A stretch of 64,000 nucleotides of DNA from Promethearchaeota archaeon. GTDB lineage: Archaea; Asgardarchaeota; Heimdallarchaeia; Hodarchaeales; Hodarchaeaceae. The translations under genes and the position numbers were made by a program. This document shows, one piece after another, positions 21,201 to 29,620 of the stretch; the first letter of the stretch is position 1; every line of letters begins with the position of its first letter. A model generated the notes under the pieces. It did no database searches. It worked only from the letters and a program-made list of their open reading frames with translations, and was not told the origin of the DNA. Location of the stretch: assembly GCA_048938105.1 (NCBI GenBank), contig JBHLMN010000006.1, positions 128,001-192,000 on the forward strand, given 5' to 3'.

Positions 21201-21699
21201 CACTTAACCAAAACAATAGAGGCTCATCAATTCGAGTCATCTCAGTAAATGCGCCAATTGCTATCAGAACAAGGCCTAGACCAAGTAGAGGGAGAAAGAT
21301 AGATTTTAGGACTGAGATATTATAATTTGATAAAAAATCTGCTGGAATTAATGATAAAAGACTAACAACAAGCGTTAGAATCAATCCAAAGAGACCTATG
21401 AAACCTCCAAGATTAGTTGATTTATTTCTGTTCTCATTAATCCATCGTAATTGAGCAAATCCTAAAAAAATTCCCCCCAAAAAAGCAATCAAGAGAAAAG
21501 TAATTAAAACTAAAGGAAGAATGTTGTTTGGTTCACTTGGATAGTATATCGGACCTATTTCTACAATCAAAAGCCCTAATACTAGTAAAGATGCAAAACG
21601 GACTAAATTACGTATTTGATTTTCCCGATGTATATATTTTTTAGGGCTAAATTCCTCAATCTCTTCAAAATTTGTTGAACTTTTCTCTGTCTCAATCAA
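18241..21699 (-). CDS. 1152-aa polytopic membrane protein of repeated TM-hairpin and amphipathic-helix modules
   Basis: YTWDHR x4, AWFxQxNH x4, GY..W..H..FR x3, (E/D)-containing NG/DG..WRxE x3; ATGA overlap with next gene. Confidence 0.9.
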   Translation of the reverse strand: MIETEKSSTNFEEIEEFSPKKYIHRENQIRNLVRFASLLVLGLLIVEIGPIYYPSEPNNILPLVLITFLLIAFLGGIFLGFAQLRWINENRNKSTNLGGFIGLFGLILTLVVSLLSLIPADFLSNYNISVLKSIFLPLLGLGLVLIAIGAFTEMTRIDEPLLFWLSVYKFLIARLFLFIIAFSIMALGFIGWDNAIGLPLSLFLGGYVFGVVVWLNHTHFRKISTALSTLILLWGLYLLYPYIISGVLWPIPLPLLISGVLIVIGLGENGIIWRQEIFNFLVAVKNAVVQVVRTTIQLIRKTVLSMYLTIKAFLKYTWDHRVGILRAFLTIIGAFIVAFGFAVSLNTLFLNLSGVGWGLIIGGPLLYVAWFHQTNHAIYNFLVVVKNTIVQTSRSIYFTILAFLHYTWDHRVDIIRALLTIIGSLLIISAFFLSALVTPQYQIDLSISIGVVILGFLFLYAAWFYQTNHFAKQSLITLKNASVRTYHRFVVFLKNTYHSVVQFLQTYYRDVITTFALGLMILGPLISWIFRLPPELPLIPFLIGYVVGVAIWYKHANFRAVTTTLSTTVFLCGFVLLLTVLGSNDVLAIWIPGGLVLVGVMVDGIVWRIELWHVFTHTVVSIVKGIKKVAHTIHKFLVDTKNAIAQAFRAFVRFLKETYKKTALFIRTYYKEIIRYSTTTVAFIFIGIGFFFWYTDFLIASVLFVGGYILTVAIWYGHPSFRSVGTILSIGVVLWGVIFFVSSIPLPLESIEIRISLALMFIGLTENGLLWRTEIKDFLVDIKNAIVQAARSTYLSIVAFLYYTWDHRINILRSILTIIGSLLIILTFSLPLFGYPFIDPFITIVVTFLGLLLLYVAWFHQTNHFIKQSLISLRDAFIRTIHAFYNVLVAIKNAIIQAVRSAYLSVVTFLHYTWDHRIDILRALATLAGPLVILRAVFPDLHLLVRIGLLVCGLGLLYTAWFVQVNHFIQQLFITIRNVFVQLAHSIYNFFVAAKAAIIKASYTVVKLLSKAFTQLGQLVVAMIDSIILILFVILSVSAIFYGIVLILSGIFDPSGEWTKIFLAENLPILGIFIELIAKFVQNFTLLNIQRILESEVETLLGAWAGQPNLILIILGIPFIAPGIILVMITFLMRDSIKLSNLKGRTERSDEQ

Positions 21700-22130
21700 A
21701 TCTATCCAACTCTTTTACTACTCTTAATACAGACCTGTGTTAGAGACAAAATCTTTTCTTGATATTTTTTAGACTCTCTTTTAAGTATATCAGATTTTAA
21801 ATTACTCTATTTTTATGTTATATAAAATTTTCCATGAAAAATATAATTATAAAACATTGTGATTGTCGATTTCTGAAAATATAAAATTGTAGAAACAAAA
21901 ATTTTCAAAGATCCAGCTTTAAAAGTTGAAATTTTTCTAGATAATGGACATGATTCTAGAGAATTGCTACAGACAGACAATCTAGTATTATAAATATACA
22001 AATCAACTGTTTTTGATTGAACCTGATTAGTTTTATTTGTTCTCTTTGAATTGTGAAGGAAAGCTTTATTACAACAATGAAGACTAAACCATTTTATAAT
22101 GCGATTATTAGACATGGTTTATTTCGCAAA

Positions 22131-22190
22131 AAAGATCTTTAAAAAATCTGATGAAGTTTTCCCCGAGAAAATACTTTGTGGTGGAAACAA
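22131..22190. promoter_or_regulatory. Conserved promoter/operator element, copy 1
   Basis: ctttaaaaaatct...gagaaaatactttgtggtggaaacaa; similar to 32461-32518. Confidence 0.6.
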
Positions 22191-22261
22191 ACAAATTAAT
22201 CCTAAGATTTGCCTGATTAACGAGAAATTCACTTAATTAAAATCAAATTGGAATTTATAGT

Positions 22262-22975
22262 GTGATAAATATGGATTTATTGTCTGATTTACAGCCGACT
22301 CTTGAAATTTTGGATAAGATAGTAGCATTTGAGAAAAAGATGGAATACAACAGGCTTTTGTTATTCTTATGCCTTGCTGGATTTATTGCTATTATTGGAG
22401 GCTGGATTGAATATGTATGTTACCATTTCTTGTTTGTAGATTCCACTTTCTTCATTCTTGGTTTAACCTCTATCGCTGAACCAGTTCTATTTTTAGGATT
22501 ATGGCTTATTTATCTTATACCCCTCATTGGCATCATCATATTTACCACTGGAATTTCTCCAGGCTTTATTAATTGGAATAAAGCGTACCGAAACATAGGG
22601 GCTATAACAATAGGATTATTCATTCTTACACATGTGTTAGTGTTGTTAATTGGTTCAATAGATGCTCCTGATTCCCAATTCATCCCAATTATATGGGGTA
22701 CAATGATATGTCTTGGTTTCCTGCTCGCTAGTAGAATTTTATTCTTAGAAACGAGAAATAAGGAGATACAATTAGGGTTTTTAGCATTCGGAATATTTGG
22801 GTTAGTACTTGGTATAATTTCCTCAATGATTTTTTATCCGTTTAGTAGCGAATTAGCAATGTTTCTCTTTTGTAACATTTTTGGTGTCGTTTTGATTGGA
22901 GCTAGCATGATTAGTTACTGGAAAGTTGGTATATCACCACAAGAAGCTAAAAATAACTATAGGAAAGCTGATTAG
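22262..22975 (+). CDS. Hypothetical integral membrane protein (6-7 TM)
   Basis: Hydrophobic helices; abuts the wHTH regulator gene. Confidence 0.85.
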   Translation: MINMDLLSDLQPTLEILDKIVAFEKKMEYNRLLLFLCLAGFIAIIGGWIEYVCYHFLFVDSTFFILGLTSIAEPVLFLGLWLIYLIPLIGIIIFTTGISPGFINWNKAYRNIGAITIGLFILTHVLVLLIGSIDAPDSQFIPIIWGTMICLGFLLASRILFLETRNKEIQLGFLAFGIFGLVLGIISSMIFYPFSSELAMFLFCNIFGVVLIGASMISYWKVGISPQEAKNNYRKAD

Positions 22976-23296
22976 ATGAAGGAGAGACCAGTTTCCATAG
23001 AAACCCTTATTGGTGAGTTAAACTCAACTCTACACGAACCAGTACGTTTAGGAATACTGATGCTACTTCATTTGAACTCTTCTCTTACTTTTAGTGTAAT
23101 TCAAAAAGGACTAGGTGTAACATCTGGAAATTTAAACACTCATTTGACAAAACTTGATACAGAGGGCTTTATTGTTAGAGAAAAAACATTTGTGAATTAT
23201 CGACCCAGAACGGTCATTTACATTACAAAAGAAGGGAGAGAAGCCTTAAAGAAGTATTCTAAATCACTGAAACGAATACTGATAGAAATTTCATAA
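22976..23296 (+). CDS. Winged-HTH transcriptional regulator (ArsR/HTH_34 type)
   Basis: LHEPVRLGIL...TSGNLNTHLTKL...RPRTVIYITKEGREAL. Confidence 0.92.
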   Translation: MKERPVSIETLIGELNSTLHEPVRLGILMLLHLNSSLTFSVIQKGLGVTSGNLNTHLTKLDTEGFIVREKTFVNYRPRTVIYITKEGREALKKYSKSLKRILIEIS

Positions 23297-23317
23297 TATA
23301 TTGAAGGAGACCCTATA

Positions 23318-23363
23318 TCTTTTTTTCTAGCTCTAACATACATTTCTACTCTAGAAAAAAAGA
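23318..23363. terminator. Probable bidirectional terminator (13-bp inverted repeat with T7/A7 tracts)
   Basis: tctttttttctag (23318-23330) and ctagaaaaaaaga (23351-23363) between convergent genes. Confidence 0.6.
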
Positions 23364-23394
23364 AAGGGGAAGAAAGACAACGAGACTATTTGAC

Positions 23395-25416
23395 TTATCT
23401 TTTCATCTTTTTCAATGTTAGAATGGATATGATGGAGAAAACAACCATGATTCCAGTCATACCTGGTGAGATTGATGGCAATGCATAAGTTTCATCTGTT
23501 TCTTCTGTCTTTGATTTAGTTGTTTCAACTACTGAAGTCACAGTTTCTGTTACAGTCACGGTGCTTCGAAAGGGGTCTGCAGGGTACATCTCTCGGGGAT
23601 CGTGGGCATTCATTCCAAAGATAGGATTGTAGTGATTGATACCCATTTCTTGATACCCCCATTCGTACCCTCGGAGAACCTTCGCCCAAGTGGACTGATT
23701 TATTTCCCAAGATTGTGCCTGAATCCCTAGTCGACTATCAATGAAGTCGTAAGTTCCGTCTTTAAGACCTGCAACTGCAGTGGTAGCCTCTTTCACCACC
23801 TTGTAAGTGACTGGCGATAAACTGGGTGTTGGAAGCCAGTTACCACCGCCTAACATATGAGGATCATGACCCATGATAGTCGGATCATAAAAAGGATTAA
23901 CTTTGATGAAAATGGTGTCTGCATCAGGATATGAATCAAACATGTAAGCTCCACAACCTATTGGAGGATGTTTGGTATTTGTATCATCAGTTTTCCATTC
24001 CCAAAATGGAGTTTTTTCCATTTCAGCTTTTTGTAAGATAGGTATGTTACCAAATAAGACGGTTTCCACATAAGGATAGAACTTGGGTAAAGTGAACGTG
24101 ATTTCCATATCACCCGTTTTCTGAATATTGCTAGCATCACCCACAATATTGAGTAATGTACCTCGGTTTGGACCCCAGACATCTTCATCTAAAGCAGCCT
24201 GATAGGTAAAGAGGACATCATCAGCGGTTACGGATGTGCCATCAGTCCATTTAACTCCGTCTCGGATAGTAACTGCCCATGTTAAGTAGTCTTCACTATG
24301 AGCCCAAGATTTAGCTAGCCATGGAATCGCATGAGTGAGATTGTAATTACCTCTTCGCCTAGAGAGACGACAAAAGATGTTGTCAAGAATGATGAAATCA
24401 TAATAACTATTAGACATCAGAGGATTAAGGTCAATATAGTCTCCTGGTTGTGCGATAATAGCTGAGGTTTGACCAGTAATTGATAGGTTAGCAAGATTTT
24501 GTCTAAAACCATGAAATAGATCAAATCCTGCTGCATTTATATCCATGGCAAAAACATCAATTTCCTGTCGAATGATAGCTGTAGGCACTTGATCATAATA
24601 CCATTGTTGATATTCTTTCAGGAGTTTGACTCGTTCACCAGGGTCAGGTTCCGCATAAATGTCCGTCCATAACGCAGTCACATTTGGGTATGCCTTATCC
24701 GCCCATTTACCAGAGGTTGGAGCCCCATCCTCAATCCAGTAACAATTAGGTCCTGGAGGAAAGTGATCTTTATCATAATATTCGTTATATGTTGGATCAG
24801 GGGAAGCATCATAACCAACAAAAAACATATCATAACCGCCGTGATCATAATCATAACCAGTACCGACTGGATCAAGGAATAAACGGGGCATAAGTATATT
24901 CCAGTTCCACCAATCTATTGATGCATCAATACCAACATTATTCAGTGCATAACAGATCAGTGATGCCCATTGACTCCTAGCAGTGTTCGTAGTTGGACAA
25001 ACAAGGGTCATTTTGAAATAAGGTACATTTGTGTGGGTAGCATTGGTCCATTCTATATATTCCTCGTATTTTAAACCAAAAACTTCCTCCAAAAGTGCTC
25101 TAGCCTTTGAGGTACTATATTCCCTCACTTGGATACTTGCCTCATATACTCCTTCGAAATTCACCCCGATAGGGGAGGCAATTGGTACTGCGAATCCATG
25201 ATGCAACCCATCAATGATCGTCTGACGGGGAATACAATAATCTATTGCCTGTCGAATTTTTTGCCGATCATAGGCATCAAGGTTGTTATAATACCATTCT
25301 CGCCCTTTTCCTTCCCATGGTGCTGTATTAGCAGCACTAACTGGAACATTCAAAAAAACAGTATATGTCCCAAATATTAAAAGGAAAAATAGCAAAATTA
25401 TTCTTGTTTTATTCAT
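23395..25416 (-). CDS. Family-5 (peptide/nickel) ABC solute-binding protein, circularly permuted, C-terminally anchored
   Basis: Signal peptide; KIRQAIDY; PWLAKSW..SED..TW...IRDGVKWTDGTSVTADDVLFT; T/E-rich linker, TM helix, basic tail. Confidence 0.9.
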   Translation of the reverse strand: MNKTRIILLFFLLIFGTYTVFLNVPVSAANTAPWEGKGREWYYNNLDAYDRQKIRQAIDYCIPRQTIIDGLHHGFAVPIASPIGVNFEGVYEASIQVREYSTSKARALLEEVFGLKYEEYIEWTNATHTNVPYFKMTLVCPTTNTARSQWASLICYALNNVGIDASIDWWNWNILMPRLFLDPVGTGYDYDHGGYDMFFVGYDASPDPTYNEYYDKDHFPPGPNCYWIEDGAPTSGKWADKAYPNVTALWTDIYAEPDPGERVKLLKEYQQWYYDQVPTAIIRQEIDVFAMDINAAGFDLFHGFRQNLANLSITGQTSAIIAQPGDYIDLNPLMSNSYYDFIILDNIFCRLSRRRGNYNLTHAIPWLAKSWAHSEDYLTWAVTIRDGVKWTDGTSVTADDVLFTYQAALDEDVWGPNRGTLLNIVGDASNIQKTGDMEITFTLPKFYPYVETVLFGNIPILQKAEMEKTPFWEWKTDDTNTKHPPIGCGAYMFDSYPDADTIFIKVNPFYDPTIMGHDPHMLGGGNWLPTPSLSPVTYKVVKEATTAVAGLKDGTYDFIDSRLGIQAQSWEINQSTWAKVLRGYEWGYQEMGINHYNPIFGMNAHDPREMYPADPFRSTVTVTETVTSVVETTKSKTEETDETYALPSISPGMTGIMVVFSIISILTLKKMKR

Positions 25417-25940
25417 TTTTTTTTCTCCAATTCCAGTTACAAATTCTTGTTCTTTTTCACTTTCTTTTCTATTAACAAGTAATATTGCAATTTAAACTGT
25501 ATAAGGAGCATTTTTCTGCTCCCCAGGGAGTATTGTTGTTAAAATCTCCATAAATAAGCATATTGAAACAGCTAAAGCATTGTGTGAAGAATAATCTTAA
25601 TGTTATAAAAGTTTATCGAAAAAGTTTATAATATTAATCATCCAAATAATGTATATTCATCATTTAGATTACCTAATAACACAATTTCCTCAATTGAAAA
25701 CCTTTTAGAATGAAAACTTTTCTCCAAAACATATTAATTCAAAGAATTTCATATCAAGATGTTTATCATATTACACATTTGTATTTATTATATACTTAAA
25801 TGTTGGATCTTTATTATTAGTTATAAATATCACATTCCTATATATAACAATACTGTAAAAATTTCATAAATAAATTTATAAGGTATAAATCACTCTAGTA
25901 AATGAATACTCGAAAATACTTCATTCATAGCTGAAATGCA

Positions 25941-27116
25941 ATGGTTGGCTTAGCAACTGTTACTAACGAAACTGTGACATTCGAACCCCTTTTTATTGAT
26001 ATCCTCGAGGACAACATCAATGAGCAACACTCACGAATCCTTGCTTTGATGTTTAGACTTGGTGGTTACACCACTTTGAATGTCTTGACAAATCTTATCG
26101 GCATTGCTCAACCTACTGTTAGTATTAGAGTAGATGAACTCGTGAAAAAGGGATATATTCGAAAAAACACAGAGCTAATGCCAATGGCGCTCGTTCTTCT
26201 ATTGACTCAAGATGACTTGGATATTCAGCTAAGAAAGCGATTAGAAGTACAACGAAATGCCGCCAAATTTCTCCAACAAGCATCTGACATTAAGAATATG
26301 CAGCTGGTTGAAGACACCTTCATAAAAGCAATTCAGATTTTATATGATACTGAAGAGATTTTAGCTAAGATGATTGCATATATTTATCTCCATCAGAGAA
26401 TTGCAAGAAATAAACTATACCAAATGATTGATCCTGAGGATTCTAAATTTGGATCCATAGATGAACAGGAAAGGGATAGAAGGAAGAAAGATGCGATCAT
26501 TACTTCTCGTCCTGAAATTTTTCACATCATCTACAAGAAACATCAGAAGAAAGCGATGTTTATTCAACCCCGACTTCCATTAAAACTATTTGTGAAACAT
26601 CGTTTAGTATACCTAGAATCATTATACACATATTATAGGGAACTCTTGTTGAAGTTAGGCTCTTTTATGTCAGATGAATACGAATCAATTATTCCTCATC
26701 AACTTCTCAACTATCCTTCTGAATTAAAAATACGAATAGAGACTTGTTTAAAGCACTATTCAATGATCAGAGTCATTGACAATGCAGTCTATCGTCATAA
26801 TAATGGGACTAATGGCGTTGTAGATTTGATTGTTACACGTAATAACTTCTCTCAAAACCATAAAGTGATGATACTTTCTAATAAGAGTATTAAGCTTCCG
26901 AAAACAATAGACACTTCCCAATTTGAGATACGTCCTCTCAAAGGCCGTATTAGCCGGGATTATATGAACCGTGATTTCATTATCTTTGGTAATCATGGTT
27001 GTTTAGTCCTTCCGTCCCAACCTAGATCTATTCCTTATTATAATATCGCACCACGGTTCACCTCATCAGTACTGGATATTTTTAAGGCGAATTGGAGGAA
27101 TTCTACTGCTATCTGA
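25941..27116 (+). CDS. Winged-HTH regulator (TrmB/MarR-like) with extra domains
   Basis: LTNLIGIAQPTVSIRVDELVKKGYI; C-terminal alpha/beta domain ending IFKANW. Confidence 0.75.
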   Translation: MVGLATVTNETVTFEPLFIDILEDNINEQHSRILALMFRLGGYTTLNVLTNLIGIAQPTVSIRVDELVKKGYIRKNTELMPMALVLLLTQDDLDIQLRKRLEVQRNAAKFLQQASDIKNMQLVEDTFIKAIQILYDTEEILAKMIAYIYLHQRIARNKLYQMIDPEDSKFGSIDEQERDRRKKDAIITSRPEIFHIIYKKHQKKAMFIQPRLPLKLFVKHRLVYLESLYTYYRELLLKLGSFMSDEYESIIPHQLLNYPSELKIRIETCLKHYSMIRVIDNAVYRHNNGTNGVVDLIVTRNNFSQNHKVMILSNKSIKLPKTIDTSQFEIRPLKGRISRDYMNRDFIIFGNHGCLVLPSQPRSIPYYNIAPRFTSSVLDIFKANWRNSTAI

Positions 27117-27126
27117 TTTTCTACGC

Positions 27127-27693
27127 TTGATTAAAGGGTTTGTTTTATTTATTGGACCTAGCTCTGCTGGTAAAACCAGTATTTTAAGACGCCTTGTGAC
27201 AGGAAAATTCGAACATCAGGAACCGACGTTAGGATTTTCCGAAGAAAACGTAGCAAAAGTAAGAATAATTGAAATTGGAGGACAATCTACTTTTAGGCAT
27301 TATTGGAAGGATGCTATTGATCAAAATCCTGTAAATATCTTCTTTGTTATCGATGTAACTAAAGAAAAGGACTACAGTGAGTATGTGGATTTTATTGAGG
27401 AATATGAAGGCAATTACCCCCAAATCGCACAAATGACTGTTTTAACTGCCAACAAAATAGATCTAGTACAGAAAATCCCGACTCATCTAAATAATGTCAC
27501 GATTCCAATTCAATGCAGTGCAAAGACTGGAGAAGGAATGTTAGATATATTAGAGATGATTGCCAGTCACCGAAATGAAGCTGAAGCAGTAATACAACCT
27601 CAACGAATTGAGCAAAGTAACAGTGAACAAACCATCAACAATGATGAAGAAAAGGCAGAATCGATATTAAGGGAATTTCAAGGAAAATTCTAA
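27127..27693 (+). CDS. Arf/Rab-like small GTPase
   Basis: GPSSAGKT, PTLG, IEIGGQ, NKID, CSAKTG. Confidence 0.92.
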   Translation: MIKGFVLFIGPSSAGKTSILRRLVTGKFEHQEPTLGFSEENVAKVRIIEIGGQSTFRHYWKDAIDQNPVNIFFVIDVTKEKDYSEYVDFIEEYEGNYPQIAQMTVLTANKIDLVQKIPTHLNNVTIPIQCSAKTGEGMLDILEMIASHRNEAEAVIQPQRIEQSNSEQTINNDEEKAESILREFQGKF

Positions 27694-27749
27694 TAAAATG
27701 TATCGAATCCTTATTTTAAAGGGATAACAATCATCGCCAAAGAAAACCT

Positions 27750-27789
27750 AGAACGACGGAAAATAGCGGTCTTCTTCTTCTGTCGTTCT
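27750..27789. other. 12-bp stem-loop downstream of GTPase gene (terminator or RNA element)
   Basis: agaacgacggaa / ttctgtcgttct, one G-U pair on the + strand. Confidence 0.55.
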
Positions 27790-28319
27790 TGAATAATGGA
27801 ATTTAAATGTGATTACCATCGCATAAATTGCGAAATTTGACACTAAACAGTTACAACGCATTTCTATATTCATTAATGCAACAAGATAATTTTATTAATA
27901 CAGAACTGGTGACAGGAAGTTGGGTGCCCTTCCTCCTCCAGCCTCCCCTTATTCAATATATATATTTTGTATGTTATAAAAATGTTGCGCTTCTAATTAT
28001 TATATAAAATGTCCATAATATTCTTAGAATTATAAAATTACCGTGTAAAAAACTTTATTCTTAAAATATCAGTTAAATTTTCTATTAAAACTAATCCTAA
28101 AGCTTTATATTTGAAAAGAAATGATATAGTCTCTAAAATAAAAAGAAAATTAAAGAGAAAATAATTATAATACTTCGAATAAGATAAAGACTTAAATTTG
28201 GTAGATATTTAAACTTATTCTCTTTTATAATTTGTATTATAAAAAACTTATAAGAAATGAATATATATTCCTTTTTCTAAGAAAAGGATATTTCATTTAC
28301 AGATGTTATGAAACAGCCT

Positions 28320-29411
28320 TCAAGTGTATGTTGGTACAAACTGAAAACATTCTGAGATTAAGGTGGTAGCTTCTTTATAATCTTCTTCCTTAATAATCGC
28401 TTCGGGAAGAACAGCTTCAAACCTATCAACAAACTTCTCCGAAAAACTCTCAAGAGTATTTATAAGTAATTTTGACGTTTTGACAGTAACTAATACAAAA
28501 GAGAATTCACTCTTATGGTTAATGACTAGTATTGATTTATCGAGGTGGATCTCCCGAACATTTGGGTAGTGTAAAGACTCTTTTAAAATGGTGCTAATTC
28601 CTTCAGTTTCTTCTGAGAAAAACGCTTCACCTGTGGGAGTATCTTGAGTACTTATCCAACGATGAGAAAAAAGAAGTATACCCTCATTGTTGAAAACAGC
28701 TAATCTAGACGTCTTATAAGGTAAAAGAAAAAATATTTGAGGTTGAAATGTAAATGGAATCGCCATCAATATTATTCCAATCAAGAACAATATTTCATTA
28801 ATACCCAATCCAGGGGGGATAAATGTAGTAATGATGTTAATAGAAGGAATGATCCCCATGAAGATGGTTCCTACCAACACCATAATTGAGTATCGTTCTA
28901 AATTTTGGGGACTGTTGATAGAGAGTTTAACAGCATAATAAGTCCATAATAAGGATCTAAAGGAATATAACATAGCTGCAGCGTAATAAGTATGTACGAT
29001 AACATCTTTCGCTGCTTGACCTGGTACTAAAGCATAAATTAAGACTGTAGCTACAATTAAGCCTAAAATTGTAGTTTTTATTGGATCAACAGATGTTCGA
29101 TTAATATAATCGACAAATAACAGTAGGAACAAAGTACTAGGTAGCAAAACAAAGTAACCAATATATCCAAGGAAAGTTGCCAAAGTCATTTGAAAAAATG
29201 GGAATGGCACATCGATTTCTGATAAGAGTAAGATAGTGGATATAGTTGTAAGTCCCATCCAAAAAAACAATCCTCCCCAATCTAGCGCCAAATAGAGAAA
29301 ATGAGGATGTTTTTGCTTCAGATATCTGTATAATGAAACTATCGGAACAATGGCTAAAAATGGTACTGTTAATAAAGCAACAATATTTTCAAAAGCTAAA
29401 ACTAATGCCAT
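28320..29411 (-). CDS. ~7-TM membrane protein with probable C-terminal longin-like domain
   Basis: About 7 hydrophobic helices, then RLAVFNNEGILLFSH...FSFVLVT...LESFSEKF (beta-beta-alpha-beta-beta-beta-alpha pattern). Confidence 0.75.
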   Translation of the reverse strand: MALVLAFENIVALLTVPFLAIVPIVSLYRYLKQKHPHFLYLALDWGGLFFWMGLTTISTILLLSEIDVPFPFFQMTLATFLGYIGYFVLLPSTLFLLLFVDYINRTSVDPIKTTILGLIVATVLIYALVPGQAAKDVIVHTYYAAAMLYSFRSLLWTYYAVKLSINSPQNLERYSIMVLVGTIFMGIIPSINIITTFIPPGLGINEILFLIGIILMAIPFTFQPQIFFLLPYKTSRLAVFNNEGILLFSHRWISTQDTPTGEAFFSEETEGISTILKESLHYPNVREIHLDKSILVINHKSEFSFVLVTVKTSKLLINTLESFSEKFVDRFEAVLPEAIIKEEDYKEATTLISECFQFVPTYT

Positions 29412-29620
29412 CTTATAAAACGGGCTTAGATCAATTTGGCTCTGTTGAACTTGGTAATAATTTAAGAATCTTTGTGATATCCATAATTTGAATGAAACAA
29501 AGAAGGAAAGCCAATTCTTGTAGATTTATTCCCCTCCCGATTTTCATTATTTAAATACCATTTTTTTTCCAGATATGATTGGAATTGTTTTTTTAACCAA
29601 GTCTCGTTATTCTCTTTTCT

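Noticed and set aside
21813-22115. 100-aa minus-strand ORF
   Set aside because: No recognisable motif and low-information composition; not excluded, since it starts about 25 nt after a TATA-like box
22178-22192. GTGGAAACAAA as an ORB box
   Set aside because: Single partial match without TCCA or G-string; better explained as part of the duplicated operator
27750-27789. SECIS element
   Set aside because: No AUGA/GA core and no upstream gene with an in-frame TGA
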